Notes under the pieces: generated by a model
Databases searched by the model: none
What the model saw: only the letters and a program-made list of their open reading frames with translations
What the model was told of the DNA's origin: nothing
Shown here: piece after piece, positions 39,372 through 49,742 of the stretch
Position numbering within the stretch: position 1 is the first letter of the stretch
Layout: every line of letters starts with the position of its first letter
Made by a program: the position numbers and the translations under genes
Source of the DNA: an uncultured Methylomirabilota bacterium
Lineage (GTDB): Bacteria > Methylomirabilota > Methylomirabilia > Methylomirabilales > 2-02-FULL-66-22
Length of the DNA: 64,000 bases
Assembly (NCBI GenBank): GCA_963705305.1
Contig: OY970067.1
Span: 3,552,001 to 3,616,000, forward strand
Direction of reading: 5' to 3'

Positions 39372-39596
39372 ATAACATAATGGTAACCTCGCGTGATCCA
39401 GTGAGGAGGGGGCGATCTTTCTTCGCGTGTCCCAGCGCCCGGAAACTCCTGCGAATCGGGAGGAGGCCCGGGACAGGAGCCGAACTTTGGCGTGGGATAT
39501 TCTCCATGCAAATCGTGAGAACAGCCGGGCCGCGGGCGGGAGCCGTCCGCACCCAGGGCGCCCAGCCGGTTGAGCACAGGGAAAGGGAGAAGGGCA

Positions 39597-42353
39597 ATGG
39601 TCGAAACACCACCACATTTCGAAAGGCCGAGGCTGGTTGCAGGCGGAGAAGGGAAGCCCCTCCCGGGCGGCCGTCCGCTGAGACTCATCCTGGCCGCGGT
39701 GATCGTCGTCATCGCTCTCCTGGCGGTCATCTCGGGGTGGATCCAGAAGGGGCTGTGGATGCAGCAGCTCGGCTTTGCCGGGATTTTCTGGACACTCCTG
39801 TCGGTGCGCTGCGGACTGTTTTGCGCGGCGTTCGTCGTCGTGCTGCTGTACCTGTGGATCAACCTTCGCCTTGCGGCGAGAAACAGCCCCGGTTTCCGTG
39901 TGGGGAATGTGACCACCGATTCCAGCGTGGTCGTGGAACTCGGCGTCGAGATCCCACCCACGGTCGTGAAGCTGGCCACGGCCGCGGTCGCCGCGGTCGC
40001 CGCTATCCTCTTCGGGCTCCTGTTCTATGCGCAGTGGGACACCTATCTGCGCTTCCGGTATGGCGGCGCCTTCGGGCTGGCCGACCCGCTCTTCCGGGTC
40101 GACGTCGGGTACTACCTCTTCCGTCTCCCCTTTTGGGAGCTCGTGCAGAGCAGCTTGGCCGCATTGGCGCTGATCACATTCCTGGCCGTCCTGGTCGTCT
40201 CGGTGTATTTCGGGGCGCTGCGGCTCGGCCCCGGGGGCCAGGTGGAGGGCCGGAGCGCCACGGCCGTGTCCCATCTGGCCATCCTGCTCTTCGTCCTGGT
40301 CGCCAGCTGGGGGTGGGGGTTCTACCTGGACCACTACGAGCTCGTCTACTCCACGCAGGGTGTCGTGTACGGCGCCGGCTACACGGCGGACCACGTGACC
40401 CGGATCGCCTTCTGGGTGATGCTCGGCGCCTCGGCGGCCCTCTGCGCCCTGCTGGCGGTCGCGGTCGTCCGGCCACGGGTTCGACCGATCGTGATCGCGT
40501 CGGGGGTCTACGTGGCGTTGTACATCCTCGGAATCATGCTCCTGCCGAACCTCTTCCAGCGATTCACGGTCCAGCCGAGCGAGCTGGCCCTCGAAACCCC
40601 GTACCTCGCGCACAACATCGAGTACACGCGCAAAGCCTACCGCCTCGACGCCATCCAGGAGACCTCCTACCCGGCCCTGCCGGACCTGACCGCCGACGTG
40701 ATTGCGCGCAATGAGGACACCATCCAGAACATCCGGCTCTGGGACTGGCGTCCGCTGCTGCAGATGTACCAGCAGGCCCAGGAGATCCGGCTCTACTACC
40801 AGTTCTACCAGGTGGATGTGGACCGCTACCACCTGGCGGATGGGTACCACCAGGTGATGCTGTCCGCCCGCGAGCTGTCCGCGCAGCTCCCCGCCGAGGC
40901 CCAGACCTGGGTGAACCAGGAGCTGCAGTTCACCCACGGCTACGGCGTCGCCATGAGCTTCGTCTCGAAGGCGGTCGGGGGCGGCTTCCCGCAGTACCTC
41001 ATCGAGAACATCCCTCCCGAGTCCGCCTACGGCCTCCCCATCACCCAGCCGTCCATCTACTACGGCAGGTCGATGCCGGGCTACCGGATCGTCGCGACCG
41101 GGGTCAAGGAGCTCGACTACCCCAAGGGGAATCAGAACGTCTACACGAGTTACACCGGCACGGGCGGCATCCCGCTGGACCGCCTGTGGAAGCGGCTCCT
41201 GTTCGCCTGGACCCAATCCGACCCCAACATCCTGCTCACCTCGTATCTCCGGCCGGAGAGCCGGATTCAGCTCTGGCGGAACGTGTCCACCCGGGTGGCG
41301 CAGATCGCGCCGTTCCTGCAGCTCGACGGCGACCCGTACGCCGTGGTGAGCGAGGGCAAGCTGTACTGGATCCAGGATGCCTACACCGTCTCGGACCACT
41401 TCCCCTACGCCAGCCCCCACGCGGCGGGCTTCATGCAATCGCTGAACTACATCCGGAACTCCGTCAAGGTCGTGGTGGACATGTACGACGGCACGGTCCG
41501 GTTCTACGTCATGGATCCGACCGACCCCGTGTTGGCCGTCTACCGGCGGGCGTTCCCGGGCGTGTTCCAGGACCTGAGTCAGCTGTCGGCGGACCTGCGG
41601 GCCCACCTGCGGTACCCGGAGGACCTCTTCGCCATCCAGGCCGACCTGTACCGGACCTTCCACATGACGGTGCCGCAGGTCTTCTATAACCGGGAGGATC
41701 TCTGGGTGCCCCCCCAGGAGGAGTATGCGGGCAACACTCTCCCCATGCGGCCGTACTACATCCTGATGAAGCTCCCCGGCAGCGACCAGCTCGAGTACCT
41801 GCTCATGACCCCCTTCACGCCCCAGAACCGGGACAACATGATCGCCTGGATGGCCGTCCGGTGCGATGCGCCCGAGTACGGGAAGATGCTGTTCTACCAG
41901 CTCCCCAAGGAGAAGCTGATCTACGGCCCGATGCAGATCGAGGCGATGATCGATCAGAACACCACGATCTCCGAGCAGCTGAGCCTCTGGGACCAGAAGG
42001 GGTCGCGGGTCATCCGCGGGAACCTCATCCCGGTGCCGATCGAGAACTCCTTCCTGTATGTGGTGCCGGTGTACCTCACGGCGGCCGGCACGAACTTCCC
42101 CCAGCTCAAGCGCGTCATCGTGATTGCGGGGGACAAGGTGGCGATGGAGCCGACCCTCGATGAGGCCGTCCAGGCCGTCTTCGGGACCCAGCCCCCCGGG
42201 ACGCCCGCGCAGGCGGTCCGCCCGCAGCCGGAATTGGGCCAGGCGCAGGCACAGTTCGAGGCGGCCCAGCAGGCCATGCAGCAGGGGAACTGGGCAAGCT
42301 TCGGCAAGGCGATGGAGGCGCTCAAGCACGTGCTGACCGGCCCGGCGCGATAG
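39597..42353 (+). CDS. UPF0182 family membrane protein
   Basis: DPLFRVDVGYYLF, GAGYT, NIRLWD, YQFYQVDVDRY, FTHGYG, NYIRNSVK, YPEDLF. Confidence 0.92.
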   Translation: MVETPPHFERPRLVAGGEGKPLPGGRPLRLILAAVIVVIALLAVISGWIQKGLWMQQLGFAGIFWTLLSVRCGLFCAAFVVVLLYLWINLRLAARNSPGFRVGNVTTDSSVVVELGVEIPPTVVKLATAAVAAVAAILFGLLFYAQWDTYLRFRYGGAFGLADPLFRVDVGYYLFRLPFWELVQSSLAALALITFLAVLVVSVYFGALRLGPGGQVEGRSATAVSHLAILLFVLVASWGWGFYLDHYELVYSTQGVVYGAGYTADHVTRIAFWVMLGASAALCALLAVAVVRPRVRPIVIASGVYVALYILGIMLLPNLFQRFTVQPSELALETPYLAHNIEYTRKAYRLDAIQETSYPALPDLTADVIARNEDTIQNIRLWDWRPLLQMYQQAQEIRLYYQFYQVDVDRYHLADGYHQVMLSARELSAQLPAEAQTWVNQELQFTHGYGVAMSFVSKAVGGGFPQYLIENIPPESAYGLPITQPSIYYGRSMPGYRIVATGVKELDYPKGNQNVYTSYTGTGGIPLDRLWKRLLFAWTQSDPNILLTSYLRPESRIQLWRNVSTRVAQIAPFLQLDGDPYAVVSEGKLYWIQDAYTVSDHFPYASPHAAGFMQSLNYIRNSVKVVVDMYDGTVRFYVMDPTDPVLAVYRRAFPGVFQDLSQLSADLRAHLRYPEDLFAIQADLYRTFHMTVPQVFYNREDLWVPPQEEYAGNTLPMRPYYILMKLPGSDQLEYLLMTPFTPQNRDNMIAWMAVRCDAPEYGKMLFYQLPKEKLIYGPMQIEAMIDQNTTISEQLSLWDQKGSRVIRGNLIPVPIENSFLYVVPVYLTAAGTNFPQLKRVIVIAGDKVAMEPTLDEAVQAVFGTQPPGTPAQAVRPQPELGQAQAQFEAAQQAMQQGNWASFGKAMEALKHVLTGPAR

Positions 42354-42452
42354 GGCCCACTCGCTGCCGCGGCTTCGCGGATCGCCCGTGCGCACAGTCG
42401 CCGGACTCGTGACATGCCTCCGAAGGCGTCGGCCACGGTCAGAGGAGCGACC

Positions 42453-43322
42453 ATGAAGATCAACTCAAAGGACTTCCGCGTGCGGCCGGGAGAGAATGTG
42501 ACGCTCAGGGCGCGGGCGACGGCCGTGAAGCCCTTCTACAAGTCCAAGAAGCAGTATCAAAAACTCCTGCAGGAGCACGTCGAGGAGCTGAGCGCGCTGC
42601 AGCACCTGCACTACGCGTCCAACCAGTATGCGGTGCTGTTGATTTTCCAGGCGATGGACGCCGCCGGCAAGGACGGAGCCATCCGACACGTCATGTCCGG
42701 GGTCAATCCGCAGGGCTGCCAGGTGTTCAGTTTCAAACAGCCGAGTGCCGAAGAGCTGAAGCACGATTTTCTCTGGCGCACGACCCGGTGTCTGCCGGAA
42801 CGGGGGCGGATCGGCATCTTCAACCGCTCCTACTACGAGGAGGTGCTCGTCGTGCGCGTGCATCCGGAGATCCTTCGCGGCCAGGGGCTCCCGGACGAGC
42901 TGCTCGACGAGAAGACCGTCTGGAAGGGACGGTATCGCTCCATCGTGGACCTGGAGGCGCACCTGCACCGCAACGGCACCCGGATCATCAAGTTCTATCT
43001 TCACCTCTCGCCGGAAGAGCAGCGCCGGCGGTTCCTAGAGCGGATCGATGAGCCCGAGAAGAATTGGAAGTTCAGCCAGGCCGACATCGAAGAGCGGAAG
43101 CTCTGGAGGCAATACACGAAGGCGTACGAAGAGTGCCTGAGCGAAACCAGCACGGAACACGGGCCGTGGTACATCGTGCCGGCCGACGATAAGGAAAATG
43201 CCCGGCTGATCATCTCGCAGATCATCATCGAGGCGATGAAAGCGCTCAAGATGCGTTACCCGGAGCCGACGGCGGCGCGGCGGAAAGAATTGTCGTCGAT
43301 TCGAAAGCAGCTCGCGAAGTAG
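42453..43322 (+). CDS. ppk2: Polyphosphate kinase 2 family protein
   Basis: [41 protein letters not shown]. Confidence 0.92.
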   Translation: MKINSKDFRVRPGENVTLRARATAVKPFYKSKKQYQKLLQEHVEELSALQHLHYASNQYAVLLIFQAMDAAGKDGAIRHVMSGVNPQGCQVFSFKQPSAEELKHDFLWRTTRCLPERGRIGIFNRSYYEEVLVVRVHPEILRGQGLPDELLDEKTVWKGRYRSIVDLEAHLHRNGTRIIKFYLHLSPEEQRRRFLERIDEPEKNWKFSQADIEERKLWRQYTKAYEECLSETSTEHGPWYIVPADDKENARLIISQIIIEAMKALKMRYPEPTAARRKELSSIRKQLAK

Positions 43323-43464
43323 GCGCAGGCGTCCCGCAGCCGTCATCGCCTGCCCGGGTCCCGAGTGCCGCAGAGCAGAGGGTGGACGCGCCGGCGGGCG
43401 CAGTCGGAGGGGCTCTCGCGGCGCTGCCGGCGCATCTTCGAGTCTGCCGCGAAGGAGCGACGCC

Positions 43465-44235
43465 ATGAGTGAGCAGCACGATCACAGGAAGAGCATCGTC
43501 GAACAGTTCACGCTCCAGGCTGCTCCGTTCGCCCAAAAGATGGCGCTGTCGACGGAACAGGCGCCCCAGCTCTACCGCGAGCTGAGCGGGCTCGCGAGCA
43601 CCGATACGGTGCTCGACGTTGCCTGCGGCCCCGGACTGGTGGCCTGCGCCTTCGCCGGCATCGCCCGGCACGTGACCGGCCTCGACATCACCCCCGCCAT
43701 GATCGCGCAGGCCCAGAAACTCCAGGCGGAACGGGGGCTGCGGAATCTCACGTGGAAGCTGGGCGAGGCGATCCCCCTCCCATTCTCCGACAACGCCTTC
43801 TCCCTGGTCTTTACGCGCTTCTCTTTCCATCACTTCGTCGACCCGGCTGCGGTGCTGCGAGAGATGCTGCGGGTCTGCCTTCCGGACGGCACGGTCATGG
43901 TTGCGGACGTGGCCCTGCCGCCTGACAAGGTCGACGCCTACAACCGGCTGGAGCGGCTGCGCGACCCCTCCCACACCCGCGCGCTCACCCCCGGCGAACT
44001 CGCCGCCACGGCCCAGCAGGCCGGGCTGCGGGAGATCCGCACCGGTTTCCACCAGGTGGAGTTGGAGCTGGAGCGCCAGCTCCAGGCCTCGTTCCCCCTG
44101 CCGGGGGACGAGGAGAAGATTCGACGGCTGTTCCGGGAGGATCTGGGCCGCGATGCCCTGGGGGTGGGGGCCCATCTGCGCGGAGCAGAGATCTGGTATG
44201 CGATACCGGTCCTGGCCCTGGCCGGGAAGAAATAG
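43465..44235 (+). CDS. Class I SAM-dependent methyltransferase
   Basis: VLDVACGPG, LPFSDNAFSLV, FHHF, RDPSH. Confidence 0.88.
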   Translation: MSEQHDHRKSIVEQFTLQAAPFAQKMALSTEQAPQLYRELSGLASTDTVLDVACGPGLVACAFAGIARHVTGLDITPAMIAQAQKLQAERGLRNLTWKLGEAIPLPFSDNAFSLVFTRFSFHHFVDPAAVLREMLRVCLPDGTVMVADVALPPDKVDAYNRLERLRDPSHTRALTPGELAATAQQAGLREIRTGFHQVELELERQLQASFPLPGDEEKIRRLFREDLGRDALGVGAHLRGAEIWYAIPVLALAGKK

Positions 44236-44247
44236 AGGAGGGGGAGC

Positions 44248-44412
44248 ATCCGCGATTTCGACACCAGCATCCTGTGGGCCGCGTGGACCCTATCCATCTA
44301 CGCGGGAGACCAATCCCATTCTGGACATGACCCTGCTGAAGTCCACCCCCTTCCTGGCGGCCAATCTCTACAACATGATGGTCGGGGCGGGCATCTTCGG
44401 GGTGGTCTCCTC
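44248..44412 (+). pseudogene. MFS (DHA2-like) transporter remnants
   Basis: IRDFDTSILWAAWTLSIY fused to NPILDMTLLKSTPFLAANLYN. Confidence 0.5.
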
Positions 44413-44529
44413 ATGCCGATCGGCAAGCAGGGCTGGGGACCGGTGGTGGCGCGCTGACGCGCGCCGGGGTGCGGTGCAAGGCGGGGGTCGTCAGGATGCT
44501 GTAGTCCCGCGTTGAATGGGGGGTGCCGC

Positions 44530-45695
44530 ATGAAAAAGGCAGAGATGACGTTCTCGCGAGCGGGTGAGAGCCGCCCTCGATCACCAGGAGCCCGATCGCG
44601 TGCCGATCGATCTGGGCCAGGCGGTTGGCGACGGGATCACCCTCACCGCCTATCGGAACCTCCTCCGGCACCTGGGGATGGACGACCAATCGATCCAGGT
44701 GAAGGACCGGCGCGGCCAGACGGCGAGAGTCGATGAGGCGGTCCTCCGGCGATTTCGGGTGGATGTGCGCGGCATCGGGTTGAGCGGCCCGGAGAACCGG
44801 ACGGACGTCTCGGCTGGATGACCGGACGTACCAGGATGAGTGGGGAGTCGTCCGGACCATGCCGCCAGGGGCGTTTTATTTCGATCTGATCCGCGCCCCT
44901 CTCGCCGAGGCCGCCGGCCTGTCCACCATCGACTGCTACCGCTGGCCGGACCCCCACGACCCGGGACGGACCCGCGGCCTTGGCGAGAGGGCCCGCCGCC
45001 TCCACCGCGAGACCGAGTATGCGGTCGTCGTGGATCTGAACTGCTCCTTCTTCCTGCGCTGCTGCGAGCTGCGGGGCTGGGAGAATTTCTACATGGATCT
45101 CGTCTCCGACGTCGAGTTCGCCGAGGCGCTGATGGACCGCTACCTCGACTTCCGCCTGGCCGTGGCGGGCCGGGCGCTCCAGGAGGTGGAGGATCACGTC
45201 GACGTCGTCATGGTGTCGAGCGACGACCTGGGGGGGACCGTCCAGACGCTGATCTCGCCGGCGCTTTATCGATCCCTCATCAAGCCCCGCCAGCAGCGGA
45301 CCTTCGATTTCTTCAAGGCGCGCACCGATGCCAAGCTGTACTTCCATACCGACGGAGCCGTGTACCCGCTGATCCCCGATTTCATCGAATTGGGGGTGGA
45401 CGCGCTCAACCCGATCCAGGTGTCGGCCGCGGGCATGGGCGACACCAGAAAATTGAAGGCGGAGTTCGGGGACACGCTGACGTTCTGGGGGGCCATCGAC
45501 ACGCACCGGGTGCTCCCCTACGGCACCCCGCAAGCGGTGCGGGAGGAGGTCAGGGGTCGCATCCGGGACCTGGGGCCGGGCGGCGGCTACGTCGTCTGCC
45601 CCGTCCACAACATCCAGCCGGAGGTGCCGCCGGAGAACGTCGTCGCCATGTACGACGCGGCCTACGAGTTCGGCCGGTACCCGCTGCAGGTGTAG
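44530..45695 (+). pseudogene. Uroporphyrinogen decarboxylase/MtaA-CmuA family protein with two frameshifts
   Basis: (S)RERVRAALDHQEPDRVPIDLG, DEWG, SDDLG, FHTDG, PVHNIQPEVPPEN; shifts near 44551 and 44810. Confidence 0.8.
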
Positions 45696-45843
45696 GCGCC
45701 CCCCAGCGCTCGGAAGCCCTCCGGCTTCCTCGGGGGGACGTTGTTGACTCAGTTGACATACTTCATCGCAGGGACTCGAGCGGCTTCAGGATGGCAACAT
45801 GTTCGGATGGCCCGCACATCCGCCCTCGGGCCGGCTGGCCCGC

Positions 45844-45872
45844 GTGACATTTCAGAAAGGCTCTGCTATAAG
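45844..45872 (+). promoter_or_regulatory. Sigma70-type promoter with extended -10
   Basis: GTGACA - 17 bp - TATAAG preceded by TGn. Confidence 0.45.
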
Positions 45873-45934
45873 GGCTCGACGCCCATAGGCCGCCCGTTTC
45901 GATCTCTGTTGATCTGCACGCAGGGAGGTGCGCC

Positions 45935-47110
45935 GTGGCACAGGAGTTCCAGTCTCCGTCCAAGATCATCACCGGCGACGGATCCGCCAGGGAAGTCGGC
46001 GCTCAAGCCAAGGCCCTGGGTGCCAGGCGGGTGGTCCTGGTGACCGACAAGATTTTGCACGGGAAGACCGATGCCGTGTCGAGCGCAGTGGCGTGCCTGA
46101 AAGATTCCGGCCTCGCCGTCGAGGTCTTCGACGATGTCGAGCCCGATCCCATGGTCGGCACCGCGCGGCGCAGCGCTGAGTTCTCGCGCACGGTTGCGCC
46201 GGATCTGGTGGTCGGGCTGGGCGGGGGGAGCCCGCTTGACATCGCCAAGGCGACGGCGGCCATTCTGGCGAATCAAACACCCCTGGAGCAGATGTGGGGG
46301 GTCGGAAACGTCCCGCAGCCGGCCCTCCCTATGATCCTGCTGCCCACGACGGCGGGAACCGGCAGCGAGGTCACGCCGAACTGCATCCTGGCCGATGTCA
46401 AGGCCGATGGCGGGCACATGAAGAAAGGAATCGTCAGCCCGCACATCCTGGCGCGGACGGCGATCGTGGATCCGCTTCTCACCGCCACCGCCCCGCCCGC
46501 CGTGACCGCAGCCGCCGGGATGGATGCCTTGACGCATGCCGTTGAGACTTACGTCTCGCGGAGCGCCCAGCCCTTGACGATGCCCTTGGCGCTGGAAGCC
46601 ATCCGGCTGATCGGCAGGTACCTGCGCCGTGCGGTCGCCAACGGGGGCGACCTCGAGGCGCGGCGCCACATGGCCAACGCCAGCATGATGGCGGGCCTGG
46701 CCTTCGCCAACGGGTTCCTGGGGGGCGTGCATGCCATCGCCATGGCGATGGGCGGCCAGTTCGGCGTGGCGCACGGCGTCGCCAACGCCCTGATGCTTCC
46801 CTACGTCATGGAGTTCAACGAAATGGCCGCCACGGAGAAATTCGCCAGGATCGCCGAGGCGCTGGGCGAGCCCACCGAGGGCCTCTCCCTGCGGGAGGCG
46901 GCCCGCTGCGCGGCACAGGCCGTCCACCAGCTCGTCATGGATGTCGGGCTGCCGCACATCCTGGCGGACGTCAAGATCTCGAAGGAGGGACTCCCGGCGC
47001 TGGCCGAGGAGTCATTCAGCAACCAGCGACTGCTCAAGAACAACCCGCGGACTGCGACCGTCCAGGACCTGCGCGGCATCTTGGAGGCGGCGTCCGGCGC
47101 GAAGGGCTGA
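45935..47110 (+). CDS. Iron-containing alcohol dehydrogenase
   Basis: GLGGGSPLD, PTTAGTGSEVT, DALTHAVE, HAIA, HGVANA. Confidence 0.92.
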   Translation: MAQEFQSPSKIITGDGSAREVGAQAKALGARRVVLVTDKILHGKTDAVSSAVACLKDSGLAVEVFDDVEPDPMVGTARRSAEFSRTVAPDLVVGLGGGSPLDIAKATAAILANQTPLEQMWGVGNVPQPALPMILLPTTAGTGSEVTPNCILADVKADGGHMKKGIVSPHILARTAIVDPLLTATAPPAVTAAAGMDALTHAVETYVSRSAQPLTMPLALEAIRLIGRYLRRAVANGGDLEARRHMANASMMAGLAFANGFLGGVHAIAMAMGGQFGVAHGVANALMLPYVMEFNEMAATEKFARIAEALGEPTEGLSLREAARCAAQAVHQLVMDVGLPHILADVKISKEGLPALAEESFSNQRLLKNNPRTATVQDLRGILEAASGAKG

Positions 47111-47714
47111 CCTCGGTTCCGGGTCGGCGGCCCCACGTTTTCCCGGCCGGTCGGAGCACTGCGGGCGGGATTCGACCCCCCCGGGGGGCGTCGGATCCGA
47201 TCCGGCATGGCGCGCCAGAACTTTTGCCGTCCCCGCCTTGGCCCCTGCATCCCCCGGTACCACGTGGTCGTGCCGATTCGCTACCGGGCGATCCGACACC
47301 CGGCAGCGGCCAAGCGCCAGGGATGGACCTCCAGCCTGAGCCAGACGGATGCCTGCCTGGAAGTTCCCGAGTTGCTGCCCCTCCACGCGTCTTTGGCGAG
47401 CATCTCCCGGAGCAACGGGAAGCTCTGCACAGTTTTTGGCGAGCAGAAGGTGCTCACGGTAGGCGCTCGGCAGAGCGCCCATGCGAACCTTTGCGAGCGT
47501 TCCCCGGCGTGTGTCACTTTCGCCAACCCCTGCCAAAAGTATCCACCGACATCGGATGGGCCAAATGACAAAGAGTTAGCGCACTGTCGGCGCCGCCCTC
47601 GCGCCCGCTTGGCCTGCCATTGGCACGCGCCGCTCGTTCCTTGATCTGCCCTTCGTCCGGCTGCGGCCCAGCGTTTTCGGCTACTTTCCTCCCGCGTGGA
47701 CCCGGGAGGTCCGG

Positions 47715-47729
47715 TGGCATGCTCCGTGC
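47715..47729 (+). promoter_or_regulatory. Candidate sigma54 (-24/-12) promoter
   Basis: TGGCATG-N4-GTGC with GG/GC at canonical spacing, about 120 bp upstream of 47849. Confidence 0.4.
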
Positions 47730-47848
47730 GTACCCAGGGCGCATGCGCGTCAGGGAAGAGGACCATCAACCCCCGGCGGCATCCAGGAGAGTCCGCCCGG
47801 CGTCAGCCGCGGGCTTCACGACCAGAGGGCAGATCGAGAGGAGGCGCG

Positions 47849-48127
47849 ATGCCGACCATTGTGCAGTACACGGACCGGAAACAGCCCGAGAACCACTACC
47901 CGGAGCGCATCATCTCACCGCCGCAGTCGGGACCCTGCTGCTTCTCGGACATGGAGGAGATTGGCGAGCCCCTGCGGGACGGCAACTGGGAGTATGTATA
48001 CAAACGCTGCCGGACGTGCGGGTTCACCGTGCGGGTGATGCTGCGTGAGCTCCCCGATGAGGCGCTTGTTGCCGAGCTGCGAAAGATCCTGGCGGTCTCC
48101 TTCCAGCGGAATGTGCCGGTGTTCTGA
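47849..48127 (+). CDS. Small CC...CxxC (Zn-ribbon-like) hypothetical protein, paralog 2
   Basis: GAGGAGG RBS; MPTIVQYTDRK...PCCFSDMEEIG...YKRCRTCGFTVRV. Confidence 0.82.
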   Translation: MPTIVQYTDRKQPENHYPERIISPPQSGPCCFSDMEEIGEPLRDGNWEYVYKRCRTCGFTVRVMLRELPDEALVAELRKILAVSFQRNVPVF

Positions 48128-48239
48128 TGCGCGGGCGACCGCAGTGGGGAAGGAGATCGAGATGAACATCGGGGAGCCCTGAGCACCTGGGTCCGGCAAC
48201 TCCTCTCCCGCCCCCGGCAGACCCATACGGCCCCGACCT

Positions 48240-48545
48240 GGAAGTGCGGGTGTGGGACCTATGCACTGGTCCGACCCGCCAGCGCCGACGCCGCGGAGCT
48301 GGGGCCGCAGATCTGCCAGCGCGGCCTCCTGGATCAGAGCATTCGAGTCTTCGGGGGTGTGCTGCTCTGGGGGCGGGTGGTCCAGCACGAGCGCGGATAC
48401 CGGGCCGAGTATGCGCGGCCGCTGTCGCTGCTGGCGGATCCGACCCTCTCCCGGAGAGGCTTCATCCCGACTATGCTTGATGCGGCCGCGGAGCGCTACT
48501 CCCTTCGGATCGTCGGCTGTGTCGAGGACCTCGTCCGGCGCGCCG
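48240..48545 (+). pseudogene. Fragmented hypothetical gene
   Basis: KCGCGTYAL and VFGGVLLWGRVVQHERGYRAEYARP segments without a valid start. Confidence 0.35.
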
Positions 48546-48795
48546 GACGGCCCGCCTCTCCTGCGAATTCCCGCCCTGATCCGATGTCCAATACCTCGCC
48601 AAGATCGCCCAGTTTCGAAATCCGAATTTCCACATTCGAAATTGCCTCGGGCCGGTCTCGCCTCGCCTCAATTCCTCCTCCCGACATTCGCGGGACCGGG
48701 CGTAGACGGGGCGGACAGGCGATGGTATGATCCGGCAACTGCAGGCGCAAGATCCCCGGAAAACAGCTTCATCGAGAGGACCAAGGAGAAGCGCG

Positions 48796-49545
48796 ATGGG
48801 CAGACTGGAAGGTCAGGCGGCCATCATCATGGGTGCAAGCAGCGGCATGGGACGGGCGACCGCACTCGCCTTTGCCCAAGAAGGGGCGAAGATCGTGATC
48901 GCGGCCCGACGGCAGGCCGAGATCGAGAAACTGGGCGCGGAGATCACGCAGGCCGGCGGGCAGGTGGTGGCAATGGCGGCGGACGTGAGCAGGCGTCCGG
49001 ATGTGGATGCGGTTGTGCGCACGGCCGTGGATCGGTTCGGCAGAGTGGACGTCCTCGTGAACTCCGCCGGGGTGAACACCCGGGACCGGCAGCTCGACCG
49101 CCTCGACCAGGCCGGCTGGGACCGGATCATCGCCATCAACCTGACCGGAGCTCTGCACTGCACGCAGGCCGTCCTGTCGAGGATGCGCGAGCAGAAGGGC
49201 GGGCTCATCATCCACGTCACTTCCATCTCGGGGCTCTGGGGGGACCTCTCCGGCCCGGCCTACCAGGCCAGCAAGCACGGCCTGGTGGGGCTGGCCAACG
49301 CCACGATGATGGAAGAGCGGCTCAACGGCATCCGCGTCACGCTCATCTATCCCGGCCTCTGCGACACGCCCATCCTGGACAACCGGCCGGTGCCGCCGAC
49401 CCGGGAGCAGCGCGCCCTGATGATGAAGCCGGAGGACATCGCCCAGGCCTGCGTGTTTGCCGCCAGCCTGCCGCCCCGGACCTACGTCTCGGATCTGGTG
49501 CTGATGCCGGGTGCGCTCCAGTGCAACGGGCACCCGATGGCATAG
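48796..49545 (+). CDS. Short-chain dehydrogenase/reductase
   Basis: GASSGMG, VNSAG, YQASK; AAGGAG RBS. Confidence 0.9.
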   Translation: MGRLEGQAAIIMGASSGMGRATALAFAQEGAKIVIAARRQAEIEKLGAEITQAGGQVVAMAADVSRRPDVDAVVRTAVDRFGRVDVLVNSAGVNTRDRQLDRLDQAGWDRIIAINLTGALHCTQAVLSRMREQKGGLIIHVTSISGLWGDLSGPAYQASKHGLVGLANATMMEERLNGIRVTLIYPGLCDTPILDNRPVPPTREQRALMMKPEDIAQACVFAASLPPRTYVSDLVLMPGALQCNGHPMA

Positions 49546-49742
49546 GCGGAGGGGAGACCTTTCATCTGGTGGCGCTTGGCACTCCCGAATCCTCGTTCCT
49601 CTGACGCCGCCCTGCGTCGAGAACGAGAAATCGCTCGAGTGTTGCACAGGTCGGACGAGATGGCACGGAGGAGGCAGGGGCAGGCCGCCGCTCCTATGCG
49701 TCCCGAACCAGAGAATCCCAACGCCAACCTGGAGGGAGCGGG

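Noticed and set aside
39084..42395. 1103-aa minus-strand ORF and the other long antisense or alternate-frame ORFs (e.g. 8702-11038, 50996-52726)
   Set aside because: Shadow ORFs of GC-rich real genes, with no recognisable motifs.
44530..45695. Programmed frameshifting in the URO-D-like gene
   Set aside because: Two separate shifts without slippery sequences; a pseudogene or sequencing error is more likely.
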